Shown in pieces: positions 15,976 to 16,732 of a DNA stretch of 16,732 nt. The DNA comes from a candidate division WOR-3 bacterium. Its GTDB lineage: Bacteria; Hydrothermota; Hydrothermia; JBDRYB01. The stretch spans positions 1-16,732 of the forward strand of contig JBMFOM010000034.1 of the NCBI GenBank assembly GCA_049969615.1, read 5' to 3'. The notes below the pieces were generated by a model, which was given only the letters and a program-made list of their open reading frames with translations, made no database searches and was not told the origin of the DNA. The position numbers and the translations under genes are program-made. How positions within the stretch are numbered: position 1 is the stretch's first letter; the number at the start of each line of letters is the position of its first letter.

Positions 15976-16005
15976 ATTCTAGCCCACAGGCCTGAATGTT
16001 TGCAA
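15976..16005 (-). promoter_or_regulatory. Putative promoter of the folP-cdaA-cdaR-ispDF operon
   Basis: Minus strand TTGCAA (16005-16000), 18 nt, TAGAAT (15981-15976), 10 nt, ATG 15965; no SD. Confidence 0.65.
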
Positions 16006-16062
16006 TCACTGGCCCGATCCGTTCGGGTATTTACCAAGATTATGAAAGCTTGGGTCCGATTG

Positions 16063-16092
16063 AACCCAGCTCCTGCACAGGATCAAGCATTT
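16063..16092 (-). repeat. Dispersed ~31-bp intergenic repeat, copy B
   Basis: Minus strand AAATGCTTGATCCTGTGCAGGAGCTGGGTT; contains the palindrome TCCTG-N2-CAGGA. Confidence 0.7.
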
Positions 16093-16137
16093 ATGTATTT
16101 GGGGTGACAGAAGAAACCAGAGGCAATTTTTCTAGTT

Positions 16138-16662
16138 TTAGAAGCTTATGCCCTTTATGAATTCATCCATACCCTTCTTGTCCGCTGATGAGAATTCTGT
16201 TTCGCCCTCGTGGACGAATATGATGACGGTCATCTTGTCGTTATTGGTGAGCATTATTGTCCTTGCTATACCATCGGAACCCTCTATCACGCCCTTGAAT
16301 GTCTTCTCATAGCCTTTGACTCCGGCTACGATTGTAGAACCCTCGTGAATGGTCTCAAGGGTCGCGTCCTTGCCAGCGAACTCTTCCATCATCATATCCA
16401 TGAAATCAGCGCCGGTGAGTCCGGATTCCTCCATGCCGGGAATCTCGCCATACATAAGACTCACGTCCAGATCTCCCTTCTCAAAATCCACAGTTATGAG
16501 GTCGTTCTCGGTTTCCTTTGAAACCTGCTTCCAGCCTCCGGGGAGCTTCACAGTTATGCCGAAAGAACTATCGCTATACTCAATCCCCTTTGACTTGCCG
16601 CCACAGGCCAACAACGCGATGGCCACTCCGCTTGCTGTTGCTAATCCGATTATCTTTTTCAT
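16138..16662 (-). CDS. Lipoprotein, probable PsbP/DcrB-like fold
   Basis: ATG 16662 with SD AAAGGA; MKKIIGLATASGVAIALLA-C20. YSDSSFGITVKLPGGW, VAGVKGY and terminal MDEFIKGISF are typical of PsbP-like proteins (fold call is inference). Confidence 0.75.
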   Translation of the reverse strand: MKKIIGLATASGVAIALLACGGKSKGIEYSDSSFGITVKLPGGWKQVSKETENDLITVDFEKGDLDVSLMYGEIPGMEESGLTGADFMDMMMEEFAGKDATLETIHEGSTIVAGVKGYEKTFKGVIEGSDGIARTIMLTNNDKMTVIIFVHEGETEFSSADKKGMDEFIKGISF

Positions 16663-16732
16663 GTGATCCTTTCCCCGGATGTGCTCATTTTTGATTCTCA
16701 GCATACCCCCCTGGTTTGAGAAAGCCCGGATG

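Noticed and set aside
15966-16137. c-di-AMP (ydaO) riboswitch or intrinsic terminator upstream of the cdaA operon
   Set aside because: No GCUGAA/GGAGGAA/UGGGG consensus. Only small hairpins (16013-16027, 16047-16071) without a convincing U-tract.

Overview
Bacterial chromosomal window (GC-rich, gene-dense) with 17 supportable CDSs. I saw no tRNA, rRNA, CRISPR array or transposase/integrase. Minus strand: a PsbP/DcrB-like lipoprotein; an overlapping folP-cdaA-cdaR-ispDF operon; a TPR protein; a pfkA-gpsA-divIVA-like/two envelope hypotheticals/DUF4870 cluster; purA; a membrane-anchored VWA protein with CLCA-like modules; and a peptidase C26 amidotransferase. Plus strand: a secreted protein with a T9SS/FlgD-type C-terminal tail and a beta-propeller-like lipoprotein. 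The T9SS-type tail plus c-di-AMP genes suggest a diderm FCB-related lineage such as candidate WOR-3 (inference only). The most unusual signals are in expression and export: (1) seven sigma70-like promoters all with an 18-nt spacer, six sitting 6-10 nt from an SD-less start codon (apparent leaderless translation); (2) a recurrent intergenic CTTGATCC motif and a ~31-bp dispersed repeat; (3) exported proteins with very short signal peptides lacking a basic n-region; (4) two structured intergenic regions that may be ncRNAs or palindromic elements.
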